From Chloropicon primus (taxonomy: Eukaryota): a DNA stretch of 64,000 nucleotides. Position 1 is the first letter of the stretch. Every line of letters starts with the position of its first letter. The translations under genes were made by a program, and so were the position numbers. Location of the stretch: contig CP060755.1 in assembly GCA_023205875.1 (NCBI GenBank), positions 1,240,001 to 1,304,000 on the forward strand, given 5' to 3'. Positions 53,131 through 62,432 of the stretch are shown here, piece after piece. The notes under the pieces are model-generated. The model was not told the DNA's origin. It saw nothing but the letters and a program-made list of their open reading frames with translations, and did not search any database.

Positions 53131-54408
53131 TCATACTTTCTCAGCGTACCTGTACTTGGCGCTCCTGCTCCTCGGGTTGGTCTCTGCTTCCTCCTCCTCC
53201 GCCACGAAAGGCTTTCTTCTCCGCAGGCGGAGGGTCACCTCCTCCTCTTCCTCGTCCGGAGCTCGAACCCCGGTGTACCTTTCCAGCTTGCTCACACGGT
53301 CGCCCCTCCCTTCCACTCTTCCAGAGCACCGAGAAAAGGTCTTTTTGATCCTTCTGTCCTCGAGGCTGTGAAAGCTAATGACACCGATTGTGCCTCCCGG
53401 GTTGAGGGAGTCGATCATAGCAGGCAGAGCCGTGTCGATTGCCTCCAGCTCGCTGTTGACCTCTATTCTGATGGCCTGAAACGCTCGCGTGGCCGGGTGG
53501 ATGCTTTTGACGCCCTTGGCCTTCTTCTTCCTGGCGCTTCTCGTGGTGTTGGAAATCAGTTCCGCCAGCTGCAGCGTCGTGTCGATGCTTCGTTCGGCCC
53601 TCACCGTGACCACCGACCTCGCGATCCTCTTCCACAGGCGCTCCTCTCCGTAATCGCGGAGTATCCTCCCCAGCTCCTGCTCCGAGTACCGATTGACCAC
53701 CTCCCAAGCGGAGACTGGGGAGTCTGGGTCCATACGCATATCAAGCGGCCCGGATCTCATGAAGCTAAAACCCCTCTCGTCCCTGTCTATCTGCATGGAA
53801 GACACCCCGAGGTCCGCCAGGATGCCATCGACGCCCCCTTGGAAGCCCCGCTCCCGTAGCCTTCCCGAGACCAAGGACTCGTACTGCCGAAAATTACCAT
53901 GCACCAGCTCCACCTTGGACCCGAACTTGGGTTGCAACCTCTTCCTGGCCAGCTCCAGCGCAGCTGGGTCCGCATCGATCCCAACGTAAAGCTCCAGCTC
54001 GGGGTGCTGCTGGAGGATGTTAGCCGCGTGGCCTGCTGCTCCCAACGTCGCGTCCACGAAGACCCGAAGAGCTTTCCCCTCGAAGCTCTGCAGGACTTCC
54101 CTCAGCAGAACGGGCACGTGATGGCCGTAATCCTTCTCCTTCGCGTACCCGCTGCCCGTTGCGAGGGTGGTCCCAGCGACAGGGCCCGTGCTCTCGGCGA
54201 AAGAGGCGTCCCCTTCCTTTGCCCGACTCCGAGGCTCTCCTCCAGCGGAGCACCCCGTGGTCCGGGTTGCAAAGCCCCTCGACTTGTGCAGCCTCCCCAG
54301 TGCAATCGAAGGCTCGCCCCTCCCGATCCCCCCCTTTGGTCGGCACCGGGGCCGTCGCACCGTCGCTAAGGGTCGCGCAAGCTCCCTGAGGTGGCTCAAA
54401 CCGGACAT
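53131..54408 (-). CDS. rsmH: Organellar RsmH/MraW 16S rRNA m4C methyltransferase
   Basis: HVPVLLREV, VDATLGAAGH, DLGVSSMQID..RGFSF..GPLDMRM, ISFHSLEDR, NPRSRSAK. Confidence 0.93.
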   Translation of the reverse strand: MSGLSHLRELARPLATVRRPRCRPKGGIGRGEPSIALGRLHKSRGFATRTTGCSAGGEPRSRAKEGDASFAESTGPVAGTTLATGSGYAKEKDYGHHVPVLLREVLQSFEGKALRVFVDATLGAAGHAANILQQHPELELYVGIDADPAALELARKRLQPKFGSKVELVHGNFRQYESLVSGRLRERGFQGGVDGILADLGVSSMQIDRDERGFSFMRSGPLDMRMDPDSPVSAWEVVNRYSEQELGRILRDYGEERLWKRIARSVVTVRAERSIDTTLQLAELISNTTRSARKKKAKGVKSIHPATRAFQAIRIEVNSELEAIDTALPAMIDSLNPGGTIGVISFHSLEDRRIKKTFSRCSGRVEGRGDRVSKLERYTGVRAPDEEEEEVTLRLRRRKPFVAEEEEAETNPRSRSAKYRYAEKV

Positions 54409-54871
54409 TGCCTCCCTCCTCGGCCGCCCAGAGCCAGGACTCAGCCTAGTTGACGACGACGAGCCGCTCCTCGAGCAATTGTGACGAACTAGACAACAAC
54501 AATTGCTTTTTGCTTTTTGGAACGGATGGTTGGGTTCACTTTTTCGTGGGTGGATCGGTGCCAAGATTGACCTAACTATATACATTACACACTTTTGATT
54601 CTAACTTCGCTACAATGCTACTGCTTTGCTTTTTGCTTTACGCTTGCTGCTTCTGCATTCATTCTTTTGCTTCGCTCCACCGCCGTGTGGGCCGCCGTCG
54701 TCGTTTGGTATGGGTTGTGTGTGTGTTTACCACCAGAAGCAAAGACGCAGGTCCTCAGGCTTGTCTACAGTGGCGGTCTCATGCCTACAAAAAGAATTCT
54801 CGCTGCCTCTTAAAGCCTACCCTGGGCCAAGGCTTTTGAGCTAAAAAAAAGGCAACCCCCCCCGTCTTCGA

Positions 54872-55210
54872 CTACGACGCCTGAAAGGGAAAGGGCAGAG
54901 TTCTCTGCTGGAGGAGCTCTTCCTTTTGCTCGTTCAGGACCTGCTCGACTTTGTCCAAGTCTATTTGAGTCAAGACGTCAAAGAGGGACTGGACAGCTTG
55001 CAGCCTGCTCTTCATGTTTTCCCGCACTCTTTCCAAGATGTCGGTCCTCTGCATGAGCAGTTCCAGCACCCTCTTCTCTCCGTCCAAAAACTCTTTGGCT
55101 GACACTTCAATTTGCTTCAAAAGCTCCTGATTCTTCTTCAGCTGCTCCAGTATGTCCTCCCTGTGAACAAATTGGAAGGCAGAGGCGCGCGGTTCGACCG
55201 GGGGATCCAT
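54872..55210 (-). CDS. Hypothetical 112-aa coiled-coil protein in a compositionally atypical island
   Basis: ATG-initiated ORF with an E/Q/L/K-rich heptad pattern. No recognisable family. Confidence 0.45.
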   Translation of the reverse strand: MDPPVEPRASAFQFVHREDILEQLKKNQELLKQIEVSAKEFLDGEKRVLELLMQRTDILERVRENMKSRLQAVQSLFDVLTQIDLDKVEQVLNEQKEELLQQRTLPFPFQAS

Positions 55211-55740
55211 AAGTGAAAGCCCCTTCCGTTGGAGGCGAACGGGGGCCTCTGAGGTTCTCCAAGGAAGGACTGGTCACAGCAAGCACTCGTTCCGTCTCCA
55301 CGGAACCACGTTCAGACAGCACGAACCGTCGTATACCGCCTCGCTATAGCCTTCGAAGACCTCGTCGCATCACTCCACAGCTCTTTTGGGCACGGTCGCC
55401 CGCATTCCTCTCAGAATCGACGTCAAGCTCACCGCCCGCACCACCCATCGATCCTTTGCCCGTGCATCAACTCGCTGTATACGATTGCACACCATGCACC
55501 GTGGTGTTGTTGGACGATGCTTGTCGTTGGATGATGCTCCCCAACAACATCGCCTTATAACACCTATGGTACCATCATCATCAAGTCATCAAGGAAGGTA
55601 GGTGAGGTAGGTAGGTCCTCGCGCTACATAGGCTCTATCAACACTGCTTAGCCTCAGGAAGAAAAGTCCCAGGAAACAGCCGCCGTGGTATATCCCTTGT
55701 TACTGCCTATAAGAGCCATAGCCTATAGCCATAGAATAGA

Positions 55741-55842
55741 ATTCTACAGCTCGGCTTATTCTACAGCTCGGCTTATTCTACAGCTCGGCTTATTCTACAG
55801 CTCGGCTTATTCTACAGCTCGGCTTATTATACAGCTCGGCTA
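55741..55842. repeat. Tandem array of a 17-bp unit ATTCTACAGCTCGGCTT, 6 copies (last copy degenerate)
   Basis: Five identical units start at 55741, 55758, 55775, 55792 and 55809, followed by ATTATACAGCTCGGCTA. Confidence 0.95.
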
Positions 55843-56213
55843 TTTTTAAAAAGGGAATGAATTTCAGCTGAGGTGGTGGTGATAAGGATCCACTCTGATC
55901 TTGGACAAACGCAAAACGGACAGAACGGACTGAAAGGCAGGACCTTGGCCCAGTTCAAGGAAGGTTGTTCCCGCAAGGAGGGGGCGGTGCCTGGGTGGGC
56001 CCCGTCTTTGGTGGGGGGGGTCGAGGGGTCCGTCGGTCTTGTGTCCCTGCGTCCCTGGGAGAGAGCGCAGCGCTGGTGGTGGTGGTGACGCGAAGGTGGG
56101 GCCCGCCCTCCAGAGAGAGAGGGGGGGGGAGCAAGGTGCAGGGGGGGAAGGCGCGTCGCCCATGAGGTAAAGGCTAGAAGGTTCCGGCGGATCCCGTTGG
56201 TCGAGTTGGAGAC

Positions 56214-56849
56214 ATGGATTCTGAATACGAGTACTCTTACTCGGACGAGGTGCAATCTTACTCGGACGACTTCGAGGACGAGGACGACCCGGCAAACTCT
56301 GGGCGGTCTACGACGACGGGGGATCTCGCGGGCGATCCCACCTCTCCTCCCCGTGAACCCGTCAGCGACTGGGCGCTTCCCCCGGCCCTGGCATCCCGCC
56401 TCTTGGACCGTATCAGGAGGAGGAGCGAGGACTACTACGACGAGGACTACGATGACGATGTTGTTGGCCAGGAGGAAACCTCTGTGACCTACGCCGCGCT
56501 CCTGCCGAACATCGAGTCCTGGTCTGGGGGAGAGGGCCACGCCTCGGTCGGCCGTGTGTGTGCGCGGGAGGGCCACGACGACGGCGTCGTCGTTGCGCGC
56601 AAGCACCTCCTCGACCGCCTGGCCATCGAGAGCCTCACCCTGAGCATGCGAAACTACAGGGCCGAGGAGGGCAACGACCTGCTGGTCCCGAAGGCGGACG
56701 TCGCCTGCGGCCTCCGGAGGATGCTCGGGGTGGTCGAGAGGAAACTGAGCGAGAGGCTCCCGGACGAGGCGATCGAGGCGTTGTATGACCCGATCCTCCT
56801 CGTCGGGCGGCTGGCGAGGTTCCTGGCGAGGGGGACACCCGTGGTGTGA
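56214..56849 (+). CDS. Hypothetical protein, 211 aa, with an acidic Tyr/Ser/Asp-rich N-terminus
   Basis: ATG-initiated ORF with genome-typical GC3 codon usage and a TGTAA signal downstream. Confidence 0.6.
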   Translation: MDSEYEYSYSDEVQSYSDDFEDEDDPANSGRSTTTGDLAGDPTSPPREPVSDWALPPALASRLLDRIRRRSEDYYDEDYDDDVVGQEETSVTYAALLPNIESWSGGEGHASVGRVCAREGHDDGVVVARKHLLDRLAIESLTLSMRNYRAEEGNDLLVPKADVACGLRRMLGVVERKLSERLPDEAIEALYDPILLVGRLARFLARGTPVV

Positions 56850-57251
56850 GAAGAGGGCGTGAAGCGGGGTTGTTTGGATTTGGATTTGTATGTATAGTAC
56901 CCGGCGTGTAATGTATGTAGAGTAGAGCAGAGAGCAGGACAATGTAGCGATGAGAGAGGGGGACGACGGACTCGTTCTCGGGCCAAGACTCGATCTTGGC
57001 TGTCCCCTCCCCGTGAAGGTGAAGGCGAAATTGCTTCTCCCTCCATTTTTCCCGCTCCTCGAAAAATTCGAATTTCCCGCCTTCCCGCCTTTCCCGCCTC
57101 GTTTTGGATTTTGGGCTTGGCGCGCGCTGGAGATTGGGGAAGAGAGGTCCGACTCGGCGCGACCACTTGGAGCGTTCCCAGTCACGCTCACGTTGTGCGA
57201 CCGTCGGCCCCACGAGCTTTTAGGTTGGTTTTCAAAGGTTTTCGAAACAAG

Positions 57252-58899
57252 ATGGTGGCGAGCACGGAAGTGGTGAACGCCTTGCAGCCGGAGGGCGCGC
57301 TGTTCGAGATGGCGAGGGAGATGCAAAAGCAAGAGGAGGCCTCCCAGTGTGGCGCCACTGGGAGGGAGCTCGAGTCCCCGGCCCCGAGGGCCGAAAGCGG
57401 GATCGTGCACTGCCCCGTCACCACCACGTCCAAGACGCGGCCTTTCACGGTGAACGATGAGAGCATAGAACTAAGGTGGGTGCCCCGCCGCGATCGATCG
57501 AAGCCCCAACGATCCCCTCCTCCCTCCAACCCCCCTCCTTTTTTTTGTGTGTGCGAGGACATCAGAAGACGACTGACGCTCTCTGTCTCGAACGCACCGC
57601 AGAGCTTACAAGCTGGGCAAAGGCAAGTGCTCGTACAACATGGTCAAGTTGGACTTCTTGCACGAGCTGACGCCGCAGACCAAGTCCTTCAGCGTGGTCG
57701 AGGCGAACCAGGTGAGGCAGAGCCAGGACGAGGAGACCGCCGAGAGCAGCCTCAGGTACGAGCTCACCCTGAACAACGGCTCCAAAATCCTTCTCAACGT
57801 TTACGTGGTGTACTCCGTCCCGGACGAGGCCACCAAGGACGGCGACGAGGACTGCTACACGTGGAAGCTCGTGAAGAGGGGGTACTGCAAGAGGGGCTGC
57901 AAGGGGCCGATCCTGAGGGCCATCCAGAGGTTCGGCAAGCTCGGCAGGAGGTGCAGCGAGATCTGGAGCAGCACCAACTACAGGAGCGTCAAGCAGCTCC
58001 ACGACCAGGCGGCGAACTCCAAGGACCACCGCTTCCTGTTCATCTCGATCGACGAGGCTTGCACCCACGTCGCCATGGGGGACAAGAAGACCAGGTTCAG
58101 GCTGCTCTTCGGCGTGGACGACGCCAGGACGGGCAAGAAGATAGGGTCCGCGGTGTCCGCCCCCATCAGGGTCCTCGCGAACAACGACGCCCCAAACGGG
58201 GCGGCCTACATCAACATGCCCATCCCCCTGACGGAGAACTGGGAGGGCTGGAGGTCCCCGCTGGCGGAGAGGCTGAGGAGGTCCTTGGACGCCGCCGCGG
58301 TGCTGGAGGGTCCGCAGACCCCGGACAGCAACGCCGCCGCCGCCGCGGAGAGGGAGGCCGTGCTTGACAGCATCCTTTCCGGCCGCAACGTGAACAAGAG
58401 GGCCCGGGGGTCCGTCGGGGGGAACAAGAAGGCCGCCGTGACCCTCCTCCACCCCAAGAAGAGGGCCAAGCAGCTCGCGGCGGTCGTGACCCCGATCCAC
58501 ACCAAGGTCAAGCTCGAGAAGGGCGAGGTGCTGGAGGGTCCGCAGACCCCGTCCCCGACCTCCATCGAGACGGTGAGGGCGTCCATGACCAACGCCATGG
58601 CCGGGCTGCCCGTGATCCAGCAGGCGGCAGCGACGACCCCTTTGGCGGGGACCCAGGGGCACCCGGCCGCGGCCATGCAGCTCTTCAGCCCCGCGGGCCA
58701 GGTCCCCACGGGCCTCCTCAACGTCCCGATGTTCAGCCCGGTCTCGAACCACCACGTCCAGATCATGGCGACGTATCTGCAGGCGTACATGGCGATGCAG
58801 CAGGCCTCTGGGCTCGGCGGGGTCGGCGTGCAGCAGCCCCAGCAGCAGCAGGCCGCGGGTTCGGGACCAGCCGGCACCGGTACCGCCGAGAAGAAGTGA
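57252..58899 (+). CDS. Putative transcription factor: beta-rich domain plus Q/P/A-rich tail (exons 57252-57475, 57603-58899)
   Basis: A GT-AG intron with a CTGAC branch site joins the two frames. The globular part ends FRLLFGV...VSAPIRVLANND. NLS-like PKKRAK and a low-complexity C-terminus follow. Confidence 0.6.
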
Positions 58900-59371
58900 A
58901 CAAGAGAGAGTGAGAGAGAGGCAGGCAGGCGCTCCTCGGAGGGGAGGGGTCGGATGCATTTTTCTGGAGGAGCAATTCAATTCTCCCAGATGAGGGGGTC
59001 GTGGGACCAGCACCCAGGAAATGAGCATCGAGCGGTGAGAGAAAGCGCACTTCCTCGTCGCGCGCGGTGCTGTTTGTAATCATATATTTTATTATCTCCC
59101 CAACAAGAACCCACCACTTGCCCACTTTCACTTCAGCAGCAGAGGAGTCAAGGGAGTCAAGGGAGAGAGGAGGAGTCCCAAGGAGCAGCGAGCGGCTCCA
59201 GATGAAATCGGGGGAATCGCGCAAGGCCTTGGCGCGTGGGGGAACCCGCATCGGTCCATGCCCGACGCCGCGAAACCTCCTCGCCTGCGCACGCTCGGCC
59301 CGGAACTCGCGTTGCTCTTCTGAGTCTGCGCTCGAGCATTATCAGTACGAGCGGGTTCTCCCTTTACACTC

Positions 59372-59610
59372 ATCCTTGCACATGGTAAGAGACTCGCGTT
59401 TACTACACCAGTAGTCTTTGCATCGGAATCTGACCCTGGCATTTTTTTTTGTACATGATTTCACTTTTCCTCAAAAAGGGGCATTATCACAGTTTATGAG
59501 GTCTAACCGAGACGTGATTATTGCTGGTTGAAAACTACATCCAATACCCCCTATTTACTTCACTGTAAATAGAATTTCTGAACGCGGCATTTCTACACGG
59601 AAATCCGCTC
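59372..59610 (+). ncRNA. U4: U4 spliceosomal snRNA gene, split into exon 1 (59372-59384) and exon 2 (59479-~59610)
   Basis: The spliced sequence ATCCTTGCACATG|GGGCATTATCACAGTTTATGAGGTCTAACCGAGACGTGATTATTGCTGGTTGAAAACT is colinear with plant U4. It has the k-turn 5' stem-loop, stem I TTGCTGGTT, hairpin CTATTTAC/GTAAATAG, Sm site AATTTCTG (59573-59580) and terminal hairpin GCGG.ATTTCT/GGAAAT.CCGC. Confidence 0.9.
59385..59478 (+). other. Predicted 94-nt U2-type spliceosomal intron within the U4 snRNA gene
   Basis: Donor GTAAGA, branch site TCTGAC (59429-59434) and a T-rich tract. The first AG after the branch site is at 59477-59478. Confidence 0.85.
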
Positions 59611-59748
59611 CCTTCTTCCTCTCCGGCCACGGCACAAAATTGCTTCTAGAGACGTTAGTTATCCTGGAACCGAGGAACCGAGAGAAAGGGAGGCCATCCC
59701 TCGGTTGCTCCAACTCTGGAGATAGGTAGGAGTTCCAATACCAATACC

Positions 59749-60963
59749 ATGGCGGTGCTGCTGGAGACGTCGAAGGGGGACGTTGTGGTGGATCTCCTGG
59801 TGGATGAGGCCCCCCTGGCGTGCAAGAACTTCCTCAAGTTGTGCAAGATCAAGTACTACAACAACTGCCTGTTCCACAACGTGCAGAAGGACTTCATCCT
59901 GCAGACGGGGGACCCGAGCGGCACGGGGCGGGGGGGTACCTCCCTGAACGGGGTGCTGTACGGGGAGCAGGCCAGGTACTTCGCGGACGAGATCTCCAAG
60001 GAGAGGACGCACGCCAAGGTGGGGACGGTCGCGATGGCGAGCGCGGGGAAGGACCTGAACGCCTCCCAGTTCTACGTGACGGCGGGGGCGAGCCTGGACA
60101 GCTTGGACGGGAAGCACACCATCTTCGGCGAGGTGACCGAGGGCCTCGACGCGGTGGCCCGGATCAACGAGGCGTTCTGCGACGACACGGGGCGGCCGTG
60201 GCAGAACATCAGGATCAGGCACACCGTCGTGCTGGACGACCCGTTCGAGGACCCGCCGGGCCTGGGCGCCCACGTGCCGGAGGGCTCGCCCGCCCTGGCG
60301 AGGGACGAGGGCGACGACCGCCTGGAGGACGACTGGGCGCCCGCGGAGGAGGAGCGGCCGCCAGAGGAGGCGGAGAAGTCGGCGAGGAAGGCGGAGGCCG
60401 AGAGCAGGGCCGTCGTGCTCGAGATGATCGGGGACATGCCCGACGCGGGGGCCAAGGCCGAGGAGAACATCATCTTCGTCTGCAAGCTGAACCCGGTGAC
60501 GTCGGAGGAGGACCTGGAGATCATCTTCTCCAGGTTCGGCAAGATCACGTCCTGCGACGTGATCAAGGACTGGAAGACGGGGGAGAGCCTGTGCTACGCC
60601 TTCGTGGGGTTCGAGACCAAGGCGCAGGCGGAGCAGGCTTACTTCAAGATGGACAACGTCCTGATCGACGACAGGAGGATCCACGTGGACTTCTACCACA
60701 GCATGTACCACCAGTGGCGCAGCCGCAAGAAGGCTGGCGGGGCACCCCCGCCGCCGCCCCAGGCGCCGCCGCGACCCGGGGACCGCGGCGGCGGCGGCGG
60801 CCCGTCCCCCCGGAGGCAGAGGTCCAGGTCGCCGGCGCGGCGAGAAGACGGCGCCAGGGACCACCACCGCCACGAGGGGAGGAGGAGGCACAGACACAGG
60901 CACAGGAGGAGGGGGAACGGGCACGGCGAGGAACGCCGACGCGCCACGAGGTGGGAGGACTGA
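59749..60963 (+). CDS. PPIL4: Cyclophilin-RRM protein CYP59/PPIL4
   Basis: MAVLLETSKGD..NFLKLCKIKYYN, QTGDPSGTG, SQFYVT, HTIFGEV. RRM FVCKLNPVT..YAFVGF..KMDNVLIDDRRIHVDF. Arg-rich tail. Confidence 0.95.
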   Translation: MAVLLETSKGDVVVDLLVDEAPLACKNFLKLCKIKYYNNCLFHNVQKDFILQTGDPSGTGRGGTSLNGVLYGEQARYFADEISKERTHAKVGTVAMASAGKDLNASQFYVTAGASLDSLDGKHTIFGEVTEGLDAVARINEAFCDDTGRPWQNIRIRHTVVLDDPFEDPPGLGAHVPEGSPALARDEGDDRLEDDWAPAEEERPPEEAEKSARKAEAESRAVVLEMIGDMPDAGAKAEENIIFVCKLNPVTSEEDLEIIFSRFGKITSCDVIKDWKTGESLCYAFVGFETKAQAEQAYFKMDNVLIDDRRIHVDFYHSMYHQWRSRKKAGGAPPPPPQAPPRPGDRGGGGGPSPRRQRSRSPARREDGARDHHRHEGRRRHRHRHRRRGNGHGEERRRATRWED

Positions 60964-61101
60964 GGCCCAAACAGACTTTCTCGTGACGCAAATAATGTAA
61001 TGTACAAAAATATACAAATAATTTATGTATGTGTGTGTGTGTGTGTATGTCGTGCGATGTTGCACTCCTGCTGTGCTGCGCTGCGCGTGCGCGCGCCCGG
61101 C

Positions 61102-62118
61102 CTAGGCCCTGGTCTTGAACTTGGGGACTCTGTCAATTCCCGGGTTGGAGGGGATGGAGACCTTGCCTTCGTCCAAGAGGGAGGAGGAATCATCGTTCGA
61201 AGGGCCATCCGCGCTGAGTACCTTGCGACCCAAAAGGTCGAACGTGATGTAGACCCTCCTCTCGTCCTCCCTCATTTGGGCCTCGATCTCCTCCTCCCTC
61301 TTCTTCAGCTCAGCCTTCTCCTCCTGACTCAGCCAGATGTTCGAGTCGATCTCGAAAAAGTCGGACTGGTCGTCAATGATGGCCGTCTGCTTCGCGGAAG
61401 CCCTGTCGTATCCCACCAAGCGGTCCTTCTCGCCGGCGGCCCTCTCCATGTTTTCGCGCGCCCGACCCCCCCCCTCGACCTGGCTGCGCCTCTGCCTCTC
61501 CGCCAGCGCCGCGTAGCGAGCCTCCCTGTCCCTCACCACGAGCGCGCCGCAGAACAGGCACGGGCCCTCTCCCTCCTGGGTGCACACGATCCGGCCGCAG
61601 GACAGGCAGTTCGCCAGCAGGTCGTGGCGGGTCGCGTGGCAGTTGCAGTGCTTTCTGAACGGCATCAGAACCTTGTCCAGACCGGCCAGGGGATCGGTCG
61701 CTGACCCGGGGACGCCCCTCGCTCCCTTCTTCTTCTCCCTCTTGCCCTGCCTCCTCGAGGAAGCCGCCGAGGAGGAGGAGGAGGAGGAGCCGGACTCCCC
61801 CTTTAACTCCCCCCCGCCTTCTTCCGGAGCGTCGAAGCCCGGGGGCGCGGCCACTTGGCTCCGAGCTCCTCGGTCCCCCTGGGGCTCGTCCTCCCCGCCG
61901 GACTCCGAGTCCAACGCCTCGAAGTAGTCCTTGACGAGTTCCAGCGCGCGAGTGTTCCCCTCCAGGTACACCTGGGCTATCTCTTCCGCGTCCTCCCTCG
62001 TCGTCCCCGGGTCCGTCGTCGAGATCGCCTCCACGATGCCGTGCACCACGAGTGCGTCGTACCCCGACTCCTTCTCCAGGTATACCCTGAGCCTCTCCAG
62101 CACCTCCTCTCCAGCCAT
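61102..62118 (-). CDS. TRIP4: TRIP4/ASC-1/Rqt4-like C2HC5 zinc-finger protein
   Basis: CNCHATRH.L..NCLSCGRIVC.QEGEGPCLFCG, KDRLV.YD, IIDDQSDFF, ITFDLLGRKV. Confidence 0.88.
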   Translation of the reverse strand: MAGEEVLERLRVYLEKESGYDALVVHGIVEAISTTDPGTTREDAEEIAQVYLEGNTRALELVKDYFEALDSESGGEDEPQGDRGARSQVAAPPGFDAPEEGGGELKGESGSSSSSSSAASSRRQGKREKKKGARGVPGSATDPLAGLDKVLMPFRKHCNCHATRHDLLANCLSCGRIVCTQEGEGPCLFCGALVVRDREARYAALAERQRRSQVEGGGRARENMERAAGEKDRLVGYDRASAKQTAIIDDQSDFFEIDSNIWLSQEEKAELKKREEEIEAQMREDERRVYITFDLLGRKVLSADGPSNDDSSSLLDEGKVSIPSNPGIDRVPKFKTRA

Positions 62119-62432
62119 GTTTTAACTCTGGCCAGCCCTCAGCCGAGGATCCTGCGATAGAGACGCGTCACGACGACGACGACGACGACGACGTGTTCGG
62201 TCGCTCGGTGCAAGCACACCACTACCACCAAGGCCTCCGCGATCGAATCGGCCCTCCTCCTCCCTCCCTGGTCCCTGGAGAGAGTACGCTCGCCTCCTCG
62301 CGCGTCTTTCGCTGAAACGCTGAAACGAAAACAAGTGGACAGCGATTGGCGCGCAGCGGATGGGGTTGGGAGATCTCTGAAGGGGAGGAGGAGAGAGAGG
62401 AGCAGGAGCAGGGGACGGCGGTCGTGTGGAGA

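Noticed and set aside
55213..55300. GTGAAAGCCCC...GAACGGGGGC resembling RNase MRP/P conserved regions
   Set aside because: The two motifs are too close together and the other conserved regions are not evident.
55741..55842. Possible CRISPR array
   Set aside because: The units are contiguous with no unique spacers, there are no cas genes, and the context is eukaryotic.
59461..59610. Reading the locus as U4atac or as a 5'-truncated U4 pseudogene
   Set aside because: Stem I (TTGCTGGTTGAAAACT) is major-class U4. The missing 5' end is present upstream behind canonical splice signals, and all hairpins remain paired.
61102..62118. TRIP4/ASC-1 homologue lacking the ASCH domain, as a possible pseudogene
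   Set aside because: Plant and fungal homologues are also zinc-finger-only, and the ORF is intact.
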